From Spirochaetota bacterium (GTDB lineage: Bacteria; Spirochaetota; UBA4802; JAFGDQ01), in the NCBI GenBank assembly GCA_043803405.1, contig JAZDKB010000041.1, forward strand, positions 1 to 64,000: 64,000 nucleotides of DNA. The letters run 5' to 3'. Positions 1 through 11,700 of this stretch are shown piece by piece (within the stretch, counting starts at the first letter, position 1; each line of letters begins with the position of its first letter). The notes under the pieces were generated by a model. The model was not told the DNA's origin and ran no database searches. It was given only the letters and a program-made list of their open reading frames with translations. A program made the translations under genes and the position numbers.

Positions 1-39
1 GCTAAGGTGAAGCCGATTGAATTTAGGGATTTGGGATGA

Positions 40-132
40 AAATCCCCCTAACCCCCTTTAAAAAAAGGGGGTAAAAAGCTTTCAAACCTCCTTTAATAAA
101 GGAGGTGGCGAACGTAGCGAGCCGGAGGATTT
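40..132. repeat. REP-like composite palindrome (CCCCC..GGGGG family)
   Basis: Hairpins ACCCCCTTT/AAAGGGGGT (51-72) and ACCTCCTTTA/TAAAGGAGGT (86-106) enclosed by AAATCCCCC..GGAGGATTT; related elements at 41593-41679 and 36326-36364. Confidence 0.6.
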
Positions 133-313
133 AATCCGGAGCAGGAATTTCAGAAGTTATATTTAGCATGAGACAGCCCTGCCTTGACAGGGGAAATAAC
201 CTGCTTATAAAAAGACAAATTATTCCACTATACTCACTACTCTAATGAAGAATATCCTTAAAGGAACTTGAAAAAGATTGCGTTGTGAATAATCCGCTTA
301 TTGAATAATATAT

Positions 314-970
314 ATGAACAGCATTTACACAGATTTAGTTTCTTATATCGCCTCCCACGCTGAGCGCGGGACGTTTCTTCCTTACAGGGGAGAGGAGGAG
401 CTTGCTTTTCTGACGGACTGGATATCGGCAGCAAACAATGAAAAAGCGGAAATGCCGCAGGCGCCATCCGTTGATTCTCTTTCTGAAATGCTGAGGAAAT
501 GCGTAAAATGCGGCAAGGTGGAAAACAAGAAAGCCGGGTTCGGCACAGGCGAAAACAGCACTATGATATTGTTGAACACACCTGCAGGCATAAGCATAAC
601 CGAAAGAGACAAGCTGAAAGACGAGTCAAAGGAATTGCTTAGAAAAATGATGGCTGCCATCCATGTTGATATCGCTAAATGCTATATCACTAACCTGATA
701 AAATGCGATTCGGACAATTCCTTTAACAGGCCTGGTGTAATGCTGAAAAACTGCGAGCCTATTTTGCTAAGAGAAATAGCTGAATATAAACCGAACATAA
801 TTATTGTACTGGGCGACGATATGCCTGTGCGGAAAATGATAAATGAAAATAAAAGTATAAGCTGGCATAAAATAGACCATCCTTTAAATCTTATAAAAAA
901 ACCTGAATTAAAAAAATCTGCGTGGACAACTCTTCAAAAGATTGAAACAATAATTAAGAGTGCGTCCTAA
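314..970 (+). CDS. Uracil-DNA glycosylase family 4-like protein (degenerate)
   Basis: CxxC plus YITNLIKC and NC cysteines (4Fe-4S pattern), C-terminal HP motif; GE(A/G)PG motif replaced by LNTPAG; upstream of priA. Confidence 0.75.
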   Translation: MNSIYTDLVSYIASHAERGTFLPYRGEEELAFLTDWISAANNEKAEMPQAPSVDSLSEMLRKCVKCGKVENKKAGFGTGENSTMILLNTPAGISITERDKLKDESKELLRKMMAAIHVDIAKCYITNLIKCDSDNSFNRPGVMLKNCEPILLREIAEYKPNIIIVLGDDMPVRKMINENKSISWHKIDHPLNLIKKPELKKSAWTTLQKIETIIKSAS

Positions 971-1079
971 ATTCGTGATAATAATCATCAATTTTCTCGC
1001 CGCTAATGCATACATCCTGTAAGAAGCGGCTTGCGGCGACATCCTGTCGCCTTAAAATTGATGATTATTATCACGAATT
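958..1079. mobile_element. MITE-like element (GAGTGCGTCC-type end) with perfect 26-bp internal inverted repeat
   Basis: GAGTGCGTCCTAAA at 958-971 matches ends at 30121 and 55221-55239; perfect IR 970-995 / 1054-1079; inner hairpins 1011-1021 and 1035-1051. Confidence 0.6.
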
Positions 1080-1135
1080 ACGCTATTTTAAGAAGTATTA
1101 ACTCGTACTAAAATAATTCCAGGATACGGTTTCCC

Positions 1136-3115
1136 GTGGCAGCAGAAAAAAAATACGCAGACGTGTATGTCGGATATCCTATCGAAGGCTCGTTCACGTA
1201 TTCTGTGCCTGATGACTTGGATGTTCAGCCCGGTATGCGCGTTAAGGTAAATTTTCGCAACAGGACACTGACTGCTTTTGTGCGCAAGGTGCATTCTGAA
1301 AAGCCTGATTTCAAAGGTATAAAGGACGTCGGTAAAGTAATTGATCCTTCACCGATTTTCGACGACAGGCTGATCGCACTGGCTGAGTACACTGCAGTCA
1401 ATTATTTATGCGCTGCCGGAGAAGCAATGGCAATGGCATTGCCTTCGGGTGAAAAGCCTTCAGCAAGGTACAAGCATCCTTTTAAACATAAAGAGGTTGC
1501 TGAGAGAAATATTGAACTGTCGGCTGAGCAAAAAAATATATATGATAATATCTTAAATGCTTATAATAATAAACAGAATTTCCATCTTGTTTATGGAATT
1601 ACCGGGAGCGGTAAAACCGAAGTTTATATTGAACTTGCCAAGCACGTTATGGCACTCGGCCGCTCTGTAATATATCTTGTGCCCGAGATTACGCTTTCTT
1701 CGCAGATATTCGAACGGCTGTACAATGTGTTCGGGGCAGAGCTCATTGTGTATCACAGCCAGCTTACCATGAACCAGAGGCTTTACAGCTGGAAACGCTT
1801 TTACAGCGGAGGAGCTAAAATAGCTGTAGGCACAAGATCGGCAGTGTTTCTGCAATGCCCGGACCTTGGCCTTGTAATCGTAGATGAAGAGCATGACTGG
1901 TCGTACAAGGAGCACAGCACTCCGCGTTATAATGCGAGAAGGCTGGCGTATCACCGCTGCAAAACCGAGAACGCAATAATGCTTATGGGGTCTGCAACCC
2001 CGTCCATTGAATCTCTTTACACTGCCGAGCAGGGAGTGTTCAAGCTGCATCATCTTAAAAGCAGGTTCGGGGCAGCTGTTCTGCCGGAGGTAGACATTGT
2101 AAAGATTGATCCGAAAAAGGGCGAAGCAATGATTTCCACAAGGCTTTTGCTGAACAGCAAAAGAGCACTCGCAAACGGGAACCAGGCAATATTTCTTTTG
2201 AACAGGCGGGGTTTTTCGCCTACAGTTTTGTGCGACGACTGCGGGGAAACGCTCGTTTGCCCTAACTGCAGCATAAGCCTTAACCTGCACAGAAGCGGCA
2301 AAATGATATGCCATTACTGCGGGTTCACCAGAAAGCTGCCCAGGGAATGCCCTGAATGCGGCTCTGAAAATATTCTAAAACTTGGAGCAGGTACTCAGAA
2401 AGTTGAAGAGGTGATAAACGAGACTTTTTCCGGGCACAATATACACAGGCTGGATCAGGACAGCACAAAGAAGAAATACGCCATATTCGGCATTGTTGAA
2501 AAGATGTCAAAGGGAGAAATAGATATCCTGCTCGGCACGCAGATGGTGGCAAAGGGATTCGACTTTCACAATGTGTCTGTTGTGGGAGTATTGCTCGCGG
2601 ACATAGGGCTTAACATGCCGGACTTTCGTGCTTCAGAGAGGATCTTTTCCCTGCTGATACAGGTTGCCGGCAGATGCGGCAGGGGCGATGTGAGCGGCAA
2701 AGTGATTATACAGACACTGGACGACAGCAATGTTATATTCAGTTACTTAAAGACACATGATTACATGGGTTTTTACAAATACGAGCTTTCAATGAGAAAG
2801 GCTCTCCAGTATCCTCCTTTTACAAGGCTGGCAAGGCTTCTGGTAAGGGGCAAAAAAGAAGAGAAGGTAATAGAGTCGATCAATAATTTAAAGGCTGCCC
2901 TGGAAAAGGAAATACAAAACACGGGCAGTCCTATTTCGGTTCTTGGGCCTGTGTCCGCGCCCCTGTCGCGTATATCGAACAATTTCAGATATCATATAAT
3001 TTTAAAGTCAAAGGATGCTGAAAGCATTCGGCGTGTTGTAAGGGCAGTGAAAAATATAATTACTGCAAAGGATTTGTATCTTGAGATAGATATTGATCCG
3101 TATGATATTTTATGA
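1136..3115 (+). CDS. priA: Primosomal protein N' (replication restart helicase)
   Basis: GITGSGKTEVY Walker A, DEEHD, SATPS, double CxxC zinc cluster, GTQMVAKG, QVAGRCGR, C-terminal DIDP; GTG start. Confidence 0.97.
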   Translation: MAAEKKYADVYVGYPIEGSFTYSVPDDLDVQPGMRVKVNFRNRTLTAFVRKVHSEKPDFKGIKDVGKVIDPSPIFDDRLIALAEYTAVNYLCAAGEAMAMALPSGEKPSARYKHPFKHKEVAERNIELSAEQKNIYDNILNAYNNKQNFHLVYGITGSGKTEVYIELAKHVMALGRSVIYLVPEITLSSQIFERLYNVFGAELIVYHSQLTMNQRLYSWKRFYSGGAKIAVGTRSAVFLQCPDLGLVIVDEEHDWSYKEHSTPRYNARRLAYHRCKTENAIMLMGSATPSIESLYTAEQGVFKLHHLKSRFGAAVLPEVDIVKIDPKKGEAMISTRLLLNSKRALANGNQAIFLLNRRGFSPTVLCDDCGETLVCPNCSISLNLHRSGKMICHYCGFTRKLPRECPECGSENILKLGAGTQKVEEVINETFSGHNIHRLDQDSTKKKYAIFGIVEKMSKGEIDILLGTQMVAKGFDFHNVSVVGVLLADIGLNMPDFRASERIFSLLIQVAGRCGRGDVSGKVIIQTLDDSNVIFSYLKTHDYMGFYKYELSMRKALQYPPFTRLARLLVRGKKEEKVIESINNLKAALEKEIQNTGSPISVLGPVSAPLSRISNNFRYHIILKSKDAESIRRVVRAVKNIITAKDLYLEIDIDPYDIL

Positions 3116-3202
3116 TTGTGGCTGGATTTTTGGACTTTCACTTTATTCCGATGAAAGGCAATTCCTTTCTAATGACATCCATTTCAGATTTCGTTTTTTC
3201 TA

Positions 3203-3247
3203 TTGACACCTTGTTTTTTAATACGTATATTGCACGTATATATGTAT
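3203..3247 (+). promoter_or_regulatory. Sigma70-type promoter and probable autoregulatory operator of the TA operon
   Basis: TTGACA (3203-3208), 17 nt, TATATT (3226-3231), overlapped by TACGTA/CACGTA/TATGTA repeats. Confidence 0.6.
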
Positions 3248-3261
3248 AAAGGAAGACGATT

Positions 3262-3492
3262 ATGCAAAAAAAATTAACGATCACTATTGATGAAGAAGTA
3301 TATAAAGGCCTTCACAAATATATTGGCGCTCGAAAAATCAGCAGATTTGTCCAGGAAATAGTCCGCCCTCATGTTGTACATCCTGATTATGAATCTGCCT
3401 ACTCTGAAATGGCAAATGACAAAAATCGGGAAAATGAAGCATTAGAGTGGGCAGAAATCACTTTCAAGGATATGGACCATGAAAAGATGTGA
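3262..3492 (+). CDS. Type II antitoxin, ribbon-helix-helix type
   Basis: KKLTITID RHH strand, acidic C-terminus (EALEWAE); overlaps the downstream PemK/MazF gene. Confidence 0.8.
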   Translation: MQKKLTITIDEEVYKGLHKYIGARKISRFVQEIVRPHVVHPDYESAYSEMANDKNRENEALEWAEITFKDMDHEKM

Positions 3493-3802
3493 AATATGGT
3501 GGGTCAATTTCGATCCGTCTGTGGGTGGAGAAATTAAGAAGAAACGTCCAGCTGTTATTATTAGTAATGATGCATCGAATAAATTTCTTAATAGAGTTCA
3601 GGTTGTTCCTCTTACCAGTAAAACAGATCGTATATATCCCAGTGAGGCGGTTGTTATTTTTGAAGGTAAAGAGAGTAAGGCCATGGCTGACCAATTAGCC
3701 ACTGTAAGCAAGTTAAGACTATTTAACTGTGCAGGCATTCTTTCAGAGGAAGATATGAAGAAGATTGAAAATGCCGTTAAGATACAACTTGGTATGTATT
3801 AA
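3479..3802 (+). CDS. mazF: PemK/MazF family toxin (endoribonuclease)
   Basis: IWWVNFDPSVGGEIKKKRPAVIISND, VVPLTS, ADQLATVSKLRL motifs. Confidence 0.93.
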   Translation: MKRCEIWWVNFDPSVGGEIKKKRPAVIISNDASNKFLNRVQVVPLTSKTDRIYPSEAVVIFEGKESKAMADQLATVSKLRLFNCAGILSEEDMKKIENAVKIQLGMY

Positions 3803-3854
3803 AATCCGGAGAACAGAGTTTTTCACCCGCTGCGAGAGTTTAAAATTAAATTAG

Positions 3855-4367
3855 TTAATCGTGCGCATCCATCTTTTCGGATAAGACGATCCTTTTCCCG
3901 CATATTTCAAGAAAATAAATATCGTCAGTATCTTTTATATTTTGCAATATTTCGTAGCAGGGCGACCGTTTGAATTTGGCAGGGAATTTCCCTTTCTTAA
4001 CCAAACAGTAAAGCGCGTTGTTTTTATAATACAGCGTATCAATATCGAGCTTTTCCGTTTCGCCCGATGTAAGCGCCAGGTATACGCAATCCGCATCTCC
4101 GTCCTTTGCAAACCTGATCCCTGTTACAAAAAGCGGTACATCTTCAACAATTATAGGGTAAACAAACCCGCTGTAGCTTACTACATAGAGTTTATCCTTT
4201 GTTAAATCAATTGATTTGTTAAAGAACGTGATCAGCTTTTTATTTTTAAAGGCAACCCCGTTATGGAACCAGTTTCCATCAGCATCAATTCTGATCTCGT
4301 CAAGCTCTTCGCCCGACTCCATCATCTTTCTGATGTATTCCGGTATTTCGGGAAAATTTGTATCCAT
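3855..4367 (-). CDS. DUF1285-like protein
   Basis: IRIDADGNWFHNG ... IVEDVP ... PAKFKR pattern; co-oriented directly after dGTPase. Confidence 0.7.
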   Translation of the reverse strand: MDTNFPEIPEYIRKMMESGEELDEIRIDADGNWFHNGVAFKNKKLITFFNKSIDLTKDKLYVVSYSGFVYPIIVEDVPLFVTGIRFAKDGDADCVYLALTSGETEKLDIDTLYYKNNALYCLVKKGKFPAKFKRSPCYEILQNIKDTDDIYFLEICGKRIVLSEKMDAHD

Positions 4368-4370
4368 AAC

Positions 4371-5528
4371 CTAAACTCTTATCATCGGGTCAGTCAGTTT
4401 CTGATGTTCTTCCAGAGCGAACCTGTCAGTCATTCCTGCGATATAATCCGAGATTGTCTGTTTTAATCCGTCAGCATTGATCCGTTTGAAATGATCCTCT
4501 GGGAGAGCATTCGGAAAGTCCATGTATAAATTAAAAAGATCGCGGATGACCTTCTGCGTTTTTATGCTCATCCTTATTACCTTATAATGCTGGTACAGTT
4601 TTTTATTCAAGATATTTTTAAGTTCGCGGTTTGCTTCTTTGACTTTTATGCTGAATCCCGCAGCCATATCCGGGGACTTTCTCGCATCGCTGTAACTTTT
4701 TATGGAGAGCCTTTCAATATTGGCACTGAATGTATCTATAAAATCCGTAACAAGAAGATTGATTATAGAGCGTATTATTTTGCTTATCAACAGCTTGCTG
4801 TTCTTGGGAATGTTCTTTTCCCCGCCGATTGACTCTATCGCCATTTCCCAGATTGCAAGCTTTCGGATTTCCTTCATATTAAGCAAACCCGAACGCAAGC
4901 CATCGTCAAGATCGTGGTTATTGTAAGCTATCTCATCCGAGAAATCGATGATCTGGGCTTCGAGCGTCGGATTTTCTTCCGGAGCATAATTTTTTGTCTC
5001 AGGAAAATTTTTAAGCGAGTGCTTTATTATCCCTTCGCGTGTTTCCCATGTAAGGTTAAGGCCGGGAAATTTATCATACCTTTCTTCGAGCTTTTCCACA
5101 ACGCGCAGGCTTTGCCTGTTATGCTCAAAGCCGCCTTCGTCTTTAAGCATTTCGTTGAATTCCTTTTCGCCGGAATGACCGAACGGCGTGTGCCCAAGGT
5201 CGTGCGCAAGCGCGAGCGCTTCTGCTAGGTCTTCGTTAAGCCGCAGGGCCCGGGCGATTGACCGTGTAATCTGAGCTACTTCGATCGTATGAGTAAGCCT
5301 TGTCCTGTAATGGTCTCCTTCGTGATTTATAAAGACCTGCGTTTTATATTCCAGCCTTCTGAATGCCTTGGAGTGTATTATCCTGTCCCTGTCTCTCTGG
5401 AACTCTGTCCTGTAAGGATGCGGCGGCTCTTCGTATTGCCTGCCCTTTGAATACGCAGACTTTGCAGCATAAGGAGCCAGCAAATCATTCTCTATTTTTT
5501 CCAGATGCAGCCTGTCCAGTTTTTCCAT
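4371..5528 (-). CDS. dgt: Deoxyguanosinetriphosphate triphosphohydrolase (HD domain)
   Basis: FQRDRDRIIHSKAFRRLEYKTQV, RTRLTHTIEV, HDLGHTPFGHSGE, DEIAYNNHDLDDG, DYIAGMTDRFA. Confidence 0.95.
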   Translation of the reverse strand: MEKLDRLHLEKIENDLLAPYAAKSAYSKGRQYEEPPHPYRTEFQRDRDRIIHSKAFRRLEYKTQVFINHEGDHYRTRLTHTIEVAQITRSIARALRLNEDLAEALALAHDLGHTPFGHSGEKEFNEMLKDEGGFEHNRQSLRVVEKLEERYDKFPGLNLTWETREGIIKHSLKNFPETKNYAPEENPTLEAQIIDFSDEIAYNNHDLDDGLRSGLLNMKEIRKLAIWEMAIESIGGEKNIPKNSKLLISKIIRSIINLLVTDFIDTFSANIERLSIKSYSDARKSPDMAAGFSIKVKEANRELKNILNKKLYQHYKVIRMSIKTQKVIRDLFNLYMDFPNALPEDHFKRINADGLKQTISDYIAGMTDRFALEEHQKLTDPMIRV

Positions 5529-5718
5529 TGTGCCTGTTAAATGCTTTCCTGTAATATTTTATCCTGATTTAAAAATAAATATTTAAAATTGTAATGTCCA
5601 TTACTTTTTTAGAAAGTGTTAGCAATGATGAGGGAAGTTTAGTTACTAATAAAATCTATTAAGGATTACATGATTTTTGAAATTTCATTGACATTATTAA
5701 AAGTAAGACTTAATTTAT

Positions 5719-5988
5719 ATGGTAATGATAAATCATCTTAAATTTGATTTTACAAAACACGCAGAAGATGTCATCAAAGAAAGGAGAATATCTTTAGAAT
5801 TTATTGAGCGTACGATACTAGATCCGGATTTAATAGAGAATGATATTTCCGACATCAATCTTGAACACAGGTTAAAAAAAATTCCGGAACATGAATACAG
5901 AGTGCTGCGAATTATACTTAATAAAAATTCAGATCCCTTGCGGATAGTGACAGTATTTTTTGACAGATCAATGAGAGGAAAATTATGA
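5719..5988 (+). CDS. DUF4258 family putative toxin (RelE-like)
   Basis: FTKHAEDVIKERRI ... LRIVTVFFDR; 4-nt overlap with the DUF2283 gene; TTGACA at 5688. Confidence 0.75.
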   Translation: MVMINHLKFDFTKHAEDVIKERRISLEFIERTILDPDLIENDISDINLEHRLKKIPEHEYRVLRIILNKNSDPLRIVTVFFDRSMRGKL

Positions 5989-6185
5989 AATTGAAAATTG
6001 ACGAGAAATCAGATGCTCTGTACTTGAGAATAGATGAATCACAGATAATCGACTCAAAAGAAATTACTCCTGGAGTAATAATTGATTTCAATGATAAAGA
6101 TCAGGTAGTTGGCATTGAAATACTGAATTTATCAAAACGAGCTCCGGAAATTAATTATCATTCTCTCCAGTATGAAATAGCGTAA
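5985..6185 (+). CDS. DUF2283 family putative antitoxin
   Basis: DEKSDALYLRI ... GVIIDF..DQVVGIEIL signature. Confidence 0.85.
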   Translation: MKLKIDEKSDALYLRIDESQIIDSKEITPGVIIDFNDKDQVVGIEILNLSKRAPEINYHSLQYEIA

Positions 6186-6308
6186 TAATCAATGATTATA
6201 ATATAGCTTTTTTATAAGATATTTCTTTGATGAAACTCATTGAAATAGCATTTATTTGCTTCGTTTATATCCTGCATAGCTGAATATTCTGCATTCATAT
6301 ACTAGTTG

Positions 6309-8408
6309 TTATCTTAATTCTTCTCCAAGCAATTTCAGCATTTCTTCAGGATCGGACGTGGGCTGAGCGCATGTATTTTTAGAACAGACGTACGCCATCG
6401 CTTTTCCTTCTTCTGTGCTGAAAGCGCTCAGGAAAGGAGCCGGTTTTTCTATGCCGCTGTCCGCGTATTTCACAAGCACAACCATCTCGGGAATAAAACG
6501 TGAGCGCAGAAGTTGCAGCATATTCTGCATTTCTGTGGAATCAGGTATGCCTGTAAGCACAACTTCTTTTGACGGGCCGATCGCGAAGCTTAAAGCAGAG
6601 AGAAGCTGTGTGTGTCCCGCAGGGAACTGGCCTACTCGTCCGGATGCCGCGCTGCCAAGCTTAACCGCCATATCTTCCAGCTTTGTGTCTGCGGTCATGC
6701 GCGCGAGGCGGATCAAATTAAGCATAGCAACCGAGTTGCCGGACGGCAGTGCTCCGTCGTAAACATGCTTTTGCCGAATCAGCAGTTCTTCACCGTCATC
6801 GGGAGTGAAAAAGAACCCGCCTGCTTCGCTGTCAAGAAAATGTGCCACCTGCTCACGGTTGAGATCTAGAGCCTGCGAAAGATATTTTGCATCGAATGTC
6901 GCTTCGTAAAGCTCTATAAGCGCCCAGATAAGAAAAGCGTAGTCATCAATTGTCGCCCGGAACGCCGCTTCTCCATCGCGCCAGCGGTGCAGCAGGCGGC
7001 CGTCTGCATCCCGCATTTTGTCCATAATAAATGCGCACGCTTTTTTTGCAGCTTCTGTGTAGCGTTTATCTCCAAGTACCTGTGTACCCCGCGCAAGGGC
7101 TGCGATCATGAGTCCGTTCCAGTCAGTGAGCACTTTATCATCCCTGTGCGGACGCACGCGTTTTCCGCGCGAAGTAAACAGCTTTTCCCGCGCTGCTTCG
7201 AGTTCTGCGTAAAGCTGACCGGTCGGTTTTTTCATATCCGCAGCAATATCCGCAATAGTCTTTTTCAGATGAAGGATATTGCTTTCTTTAACTCCATGAC
7301 CTGCCGGGTCAGTCCAGTTGCCTTCCGGTTTAACATTAAAACAATGGATAAAAGTATCCGCTTCTTTGCTTCCGAGTATGCTGCGTATTTCCTGCTCCGT
7401 CCAGACATAGAATTTCCCTTCAACTCCTTCGCTGTCTGCGTCCTCTGCGGAGTAGAATGCGCCTTCCTTATCTGTCATATCCCTTAATACATAAGTAAAT
7501 ATTTCACGCGCAGTGTCAGCATAGTCGCTGTTTCGGGTTGCCTGGTACAATTCAAGGTAAGCAATTGCAAGAAGCGCCTGATCGTACAGCATCTTTTCAA
7601 AATGAGGAACAAGCCATTTCTCGTCAGTTGAGTACCTATGAAAACCGAATCCGAGATGGTCGAATATCCCGCCAAGCCTCATTTCTTTAAGCGTTTTTTC
7701 CGTAATACTGAGTGCACTTGAATCGCCAGTTCGCTTCCAGTACCGCAAAAGAAAGCTTAAACTATGCGGGCTGGGAAATTTTGGTGCTCCGCCAAAACCG
7801 CCATGCAGCATATCGAAATGACCAATAAAATGATTAAAGGCTGTTTGCAGTGTTACTTCATTCAGGTCGTTTCCCTTCGGCATTTGCATAAAGCGCTGAA
7901 GCTGCTTAATATTAAGCTGGCTTGCCATAAGCAATTCGTCTTTACGAGTGCTCCAGACCTGTTTCACAGTAGGTATGAGATTTTTCAGCCCCAGCATGCC
8001 GTAGCTATCGTTTTTAGGAATGAATGTTGCAGTGTAGAAAGGTTTTTTATCTGGAGTCATTAGTATGGTAAGAGGCCATCCGCTAGTTCCTGAAGCAGCC
8101 TGGCAAATTATCATATATATGTTGTCAATATCAGGGCGCTCTTCCCTGTCAACTTTGATGCATACGAACACATCGTTCATAAGAGCAGCCACTTCAGTAT
8201 CTTCGAATGACTCGTGTTCCATTACGTGGCACCAGTGGCATGTAGAATATCCTATGGAAAGAAAGACAGGCTTATTTTCTTCGGATGCCTTTTTAAAAGC
8301 TTCGTCTCCCCACGGGTACCAGTCAACAGGATTGGACGCATGCTGCAGCAGGTAAGGGCTTTTTTCATATTGCAGCCTGTTTCTGTATTCTTTGCCGGCA
8401 TTATTCAT
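6309..8408 (-). CDS. Thioredoxin-domain protein, YyaL/SPATA20 family
   Basis: [60 protein letters not shown]. Confidence 0.95.
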   Translation of the reverse strand: MNNAGKEYRNRLQYEKSPYLLQHASNPVDWYPWGDEAFKKASEENKPVFLSIGYSTCHWCHVMEHESFEDTEVAALMNDVFVCIKVDREERPDIDNIYMIICQAASGTSGWPLTILMTPDKKPFYTATFIPKNDSYGMLGLKNLIPTVKQVWSTRKDELLMASQLNIKQLQRFMQMPKGNDLNEVTLQTAFNHFIGHFDMLHGGFGGAPKFPSPHSLSFLLRYWKRTGDSSALSITEKTLKEMRLGGIFDHLGFGFHRYSTDEKWLVPHFEKMLYDQALLAIAYLELYQATRNSDYADTAREIFTYVLRDMTDKEGAFYSAEDADSEGVEGKFYVWTEQEIRSILGSKEADTFIHCFNVKPEGNWTDPAGHGVKESNILHLKKTIADIAADMKKPTGQLYAELEAAREKLFTSRGKRVRPHRDDKVLTDWNGLMIAALARGTQVLGDKRYTEAAKKACAFIMDKMRDADGRLLHRWRDGEAAFRATIDDYAFLIWALIELYEATFDAKYLSQALDLNREQVAHFLDSEAGGFFFTPDDGEELLIRQKHVYDGALPSGNSVAMLNLIRLARMTADTKLEDMAVKLGSAASGRVGQFPAGHTQLLSALSFAIGPSKEVVLTGIPDSTEMQNMLQLLRSRFIPEMVVLVKYADSGIEKPAPFLSAFSTEEGKAMAYVCSKNTCAQPTSDPEEMLKLLGEELR

Positions 8409-8718
8409 CTTAGCTCCTCCTGTGTTTTATCTGAAAATACGTGTGCATTCTAGCGTATGTATATCATATTAGACAAATAAAATAAATATAATAATGATCA
8501 AAATATTAAAGCGGTAGTACTGCTGTCATATTCAATTTTATAATTTCAAATGTGATAGTGTAGTAGTTATTATTAAAATAAGTTCTAATTATTCACCAAG
8601 AACTAATTACTTATTGTAAATATTTTTTTTAATATTATGACTGGACAAACCATATATTTGCATTCGTTTCATTATAATAAGTTATACAGCAAGTCTATTA
8701 ATTAAAATTAATAAACCT

Positions 8719-11700
8719 ATGAAACACTCGATTTATTATTTTATATTTTTTATTATAATATATTTCCAATCTCCTCTATTCGCGCTTAAGCCTTTGATCT
8801 TAACTGAGCCAAAGGAAGAATATCCTTTAGGTCTTCACCTTGAAATTTTAGAAGATAGAGAAAAAAAGTGGAAGATTGAGGATGCCTCTTCGCCGAAACT
8901 TACCGAATATTTTTTTCAAAGCAGCAAAGAAACTCCTAACTTCGGGTTTATTGATTATGCGTATTGGGTGAGATTTAAGCTAATAAATAAATCTCATAAA
9001 GAAGACTGGCTGCTGGAAATTAGTTATCCTCTGCTGGACCAGATAGAAGTTTATATTCCGGCCACATATAATAATGGTAAAACGCGACAGAATTATATTA
9101 TAAAAACAGCGGGCGAAAACTATCCTTTTTATAAAAGGGAATTGAAGCATCAAAATTTTGTTTTTCATCTCCGGATTTTGGCCGGAAAAGAGATAACATA
9201 TTATATTCGGTTCGAATCGACCGGGTCTGTACAGCTTCCGCTTACGCTGCTTTCTCCGGCGGCATTTTCGGCAAAGGATCATGAACAGCGGATAGTACTC
9301 GGGTTGTATTACGGAATTATTTTAGCTTTATTATTATACAATATTTTTCTCTTTTTCTCTCTAAGGGATAAAAATTATCTCTACTATGTGCTTTATCTCG
9401 CAAGCTACGGTTTGCTCCAGCTTTTGCTGAATGGACTCGCATCCGAGTATATATGGCCTGATTTGCCATGGTGGAGCAACAGATCCATGCCCTTTTTAAT
9501 ATCCGTGGTGCTGCTCTGGGTTTCAAGATTTTCCAGCAATTTTCTTGTATGCCATATATATGCTCCCAAAACCGATAAATTTTTTTCCGCTTTAATATTC
9601 ATTTCTATTGCAGGAATGTTATGGTCACTTTTCGGGAATTATTATATTGCTCTACTTATAAGTATTGGTACAATGACTCTCTGGATTCCGGCTGCAATAA
9701 GCGCCGGTGTTATAAGCTGGCGAAAGGGCTACAGGCCTGCAAGATATTTTATTATTGCATGGACAACATTCCTTTCCGGTGCTTTTATTTATATTCTGAG
9801 AGCCTCCGGATTTATCCCGAATACTTTCATTACAACCAACAGTATGCAGATTGGTTCGGCTCTTGAGGTAATTCTTCTTTCTCTTGCCCTTGCTGACAGG
9901 ATCGATATAATGAAAAAAGAAAAAGAAGATGCACAGGCCTTAGCTATTGAGAATCTCCATAAGGCAGATAAATTAAAAGATGAATTCCTTGCCAACACAT
10001 CTCACGAACTGAAAACTCCATTAAACGGGATTATCGGTATCGCCGAAACAATGATGGATAATGCCAATATATCTCAGGATCAAAGACTTCGTCTGTCTCT
10101 GATTTTATCCAGCGGCAAGCGGCTTTTAAATATGGTTAATGAAATACTCGATATCTCCAAACTTAAACATCATGATATAATTCTTCAGCAAAAACCAGTA
10201 GATATGAGGCAGGTCGCTGAACTCATCGTTATTCTATCGAGACCCTTGCTGTCTGGTAAACCGATAATCCTCGATAACGCGATCGGGGAAGATCTGCCTC
10301 CTGTGCTCGGAGATGAGGACCGTATTCAGCAAATAATGCATAACCTAATAGGGAATGCGATAAAATTCACCGAGTCGGGTACGGTAAAAATCAGCGCTGC
10401 CGTATCCAGTAACGGCAAGACGCGTGATTTTATTGAGATCAGGATATCGGATACAGGCATCGGCATTCCGGAGGAGAAACTGGAAAGCATATTCAAGTCA
10501 TTTGAGCAGGCTGACGCCTCAATTTCGAGATTGTATGGTGGAACAGGATTGGGGCTCTCCATAACCAAACAGCTCATTGAGCTGCACGGAGGCACCATAC
10601 GCGTAAATTCAAAGCCCGGAGCAGGATCTGAATTTATTTTTACAATACCAGTTTGCACGGAAAGAGAAGCTGAAATCCGGGACGCGGATAAAGATAAAAT
10701 CGGAACTCTGAAACAGGATGAAGCGGAGGAGGCGATCGAAATAACTTTACCACATGCGGACATACAGCAGGGCGATCGCAGGATTCTTGCTGTGGATGAT
10801 GACCCGGTCAACCTGCAGGTTGTTGCAGATCAGCTTTCCCAAGACGGTTATGCCGTCAGCATGGTTTCCGGAGGCGCTGAAGCCCTGAACGCGATAGAGA
10901 AAGATAATTTTGATCTCGTGCTCCTGGATGTAATGATGCCGAGGATGAGCGGCTATGAGGTGTGCAGGAAAATAAGGCAAAGATATTCGTTAAGCGAGCT
11001 CCCTGTCATTATGCTTACTGCAAGGGACAGGGTTCCGGATATGATCGAAGGGCTTGAGTCAGGCGCAAATGATTATATCGCAAAACCGGTTTCAAGGGGC
11101 GAGCTTTTAAGAAGGGTCAAAACGCATATTGAAAACGCTTCTTATTATAAAGAATTAAAACAGCTTAATGAACATCTTGACAGCCTGATGAAAGATTTTT
11201 CCATGCTGACTGCAAAGATCCATAATTCACTTAAAAACAAGCTGGAGTCCCTGCAAAATTTTCTTTCCCATTCAATCAGGGTATATGATGACAGGGAAAA
11301 ACTTATGGAGAATCTTCGGATTGCAAAAAATCTGGTTTCTCATTGCAGTACTGAAAGCAAAAATATTCTTTTTGTTACTACGCATAAAGAATGCACAATC
11401 ACAAAATTTCTTGATGAACTGGAACTGCAGGCTGAACTTGCTTTTTCCGGCTCGCAAATAAAACATACCATCAATAAAAACGACTTGCCCCTGGAAAAAA
11501 TTCTTAGTCTTGAAATTATTTTAAACCTGCTTGAAATTTATAGTGAGATACTTAACAATATTGTGAAACATTCAGAAGCGTCTAATGTTGATATTACGGT
11601 TCAATACGCAGATGAACATTTATCTATAATAGTAAGCGATAACGGCATTGGTTTTGATTATAAAGTGCAAAGAGTAAAAAAAGGCTCTTATGGATTAAAT

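Noticed and set aside
1..39. 3' end of an upstream gene (AKVKPIEFRDLG*)
   Set aside because: Too short to support or identify
1553..2314. 253-aa antisense ORF and the many other shadow ORFs in the track
   Set aside because: They lie opposite or out of frame to well-supported genes and show no motifs
4371..5528. dGTPase as an antiphage defence gene
   Set aside because: It has ordinary short-type housekeeping motifs in an operon with a DUF1285-like gene; the flanking TA pairs do not form a recognisable defence island
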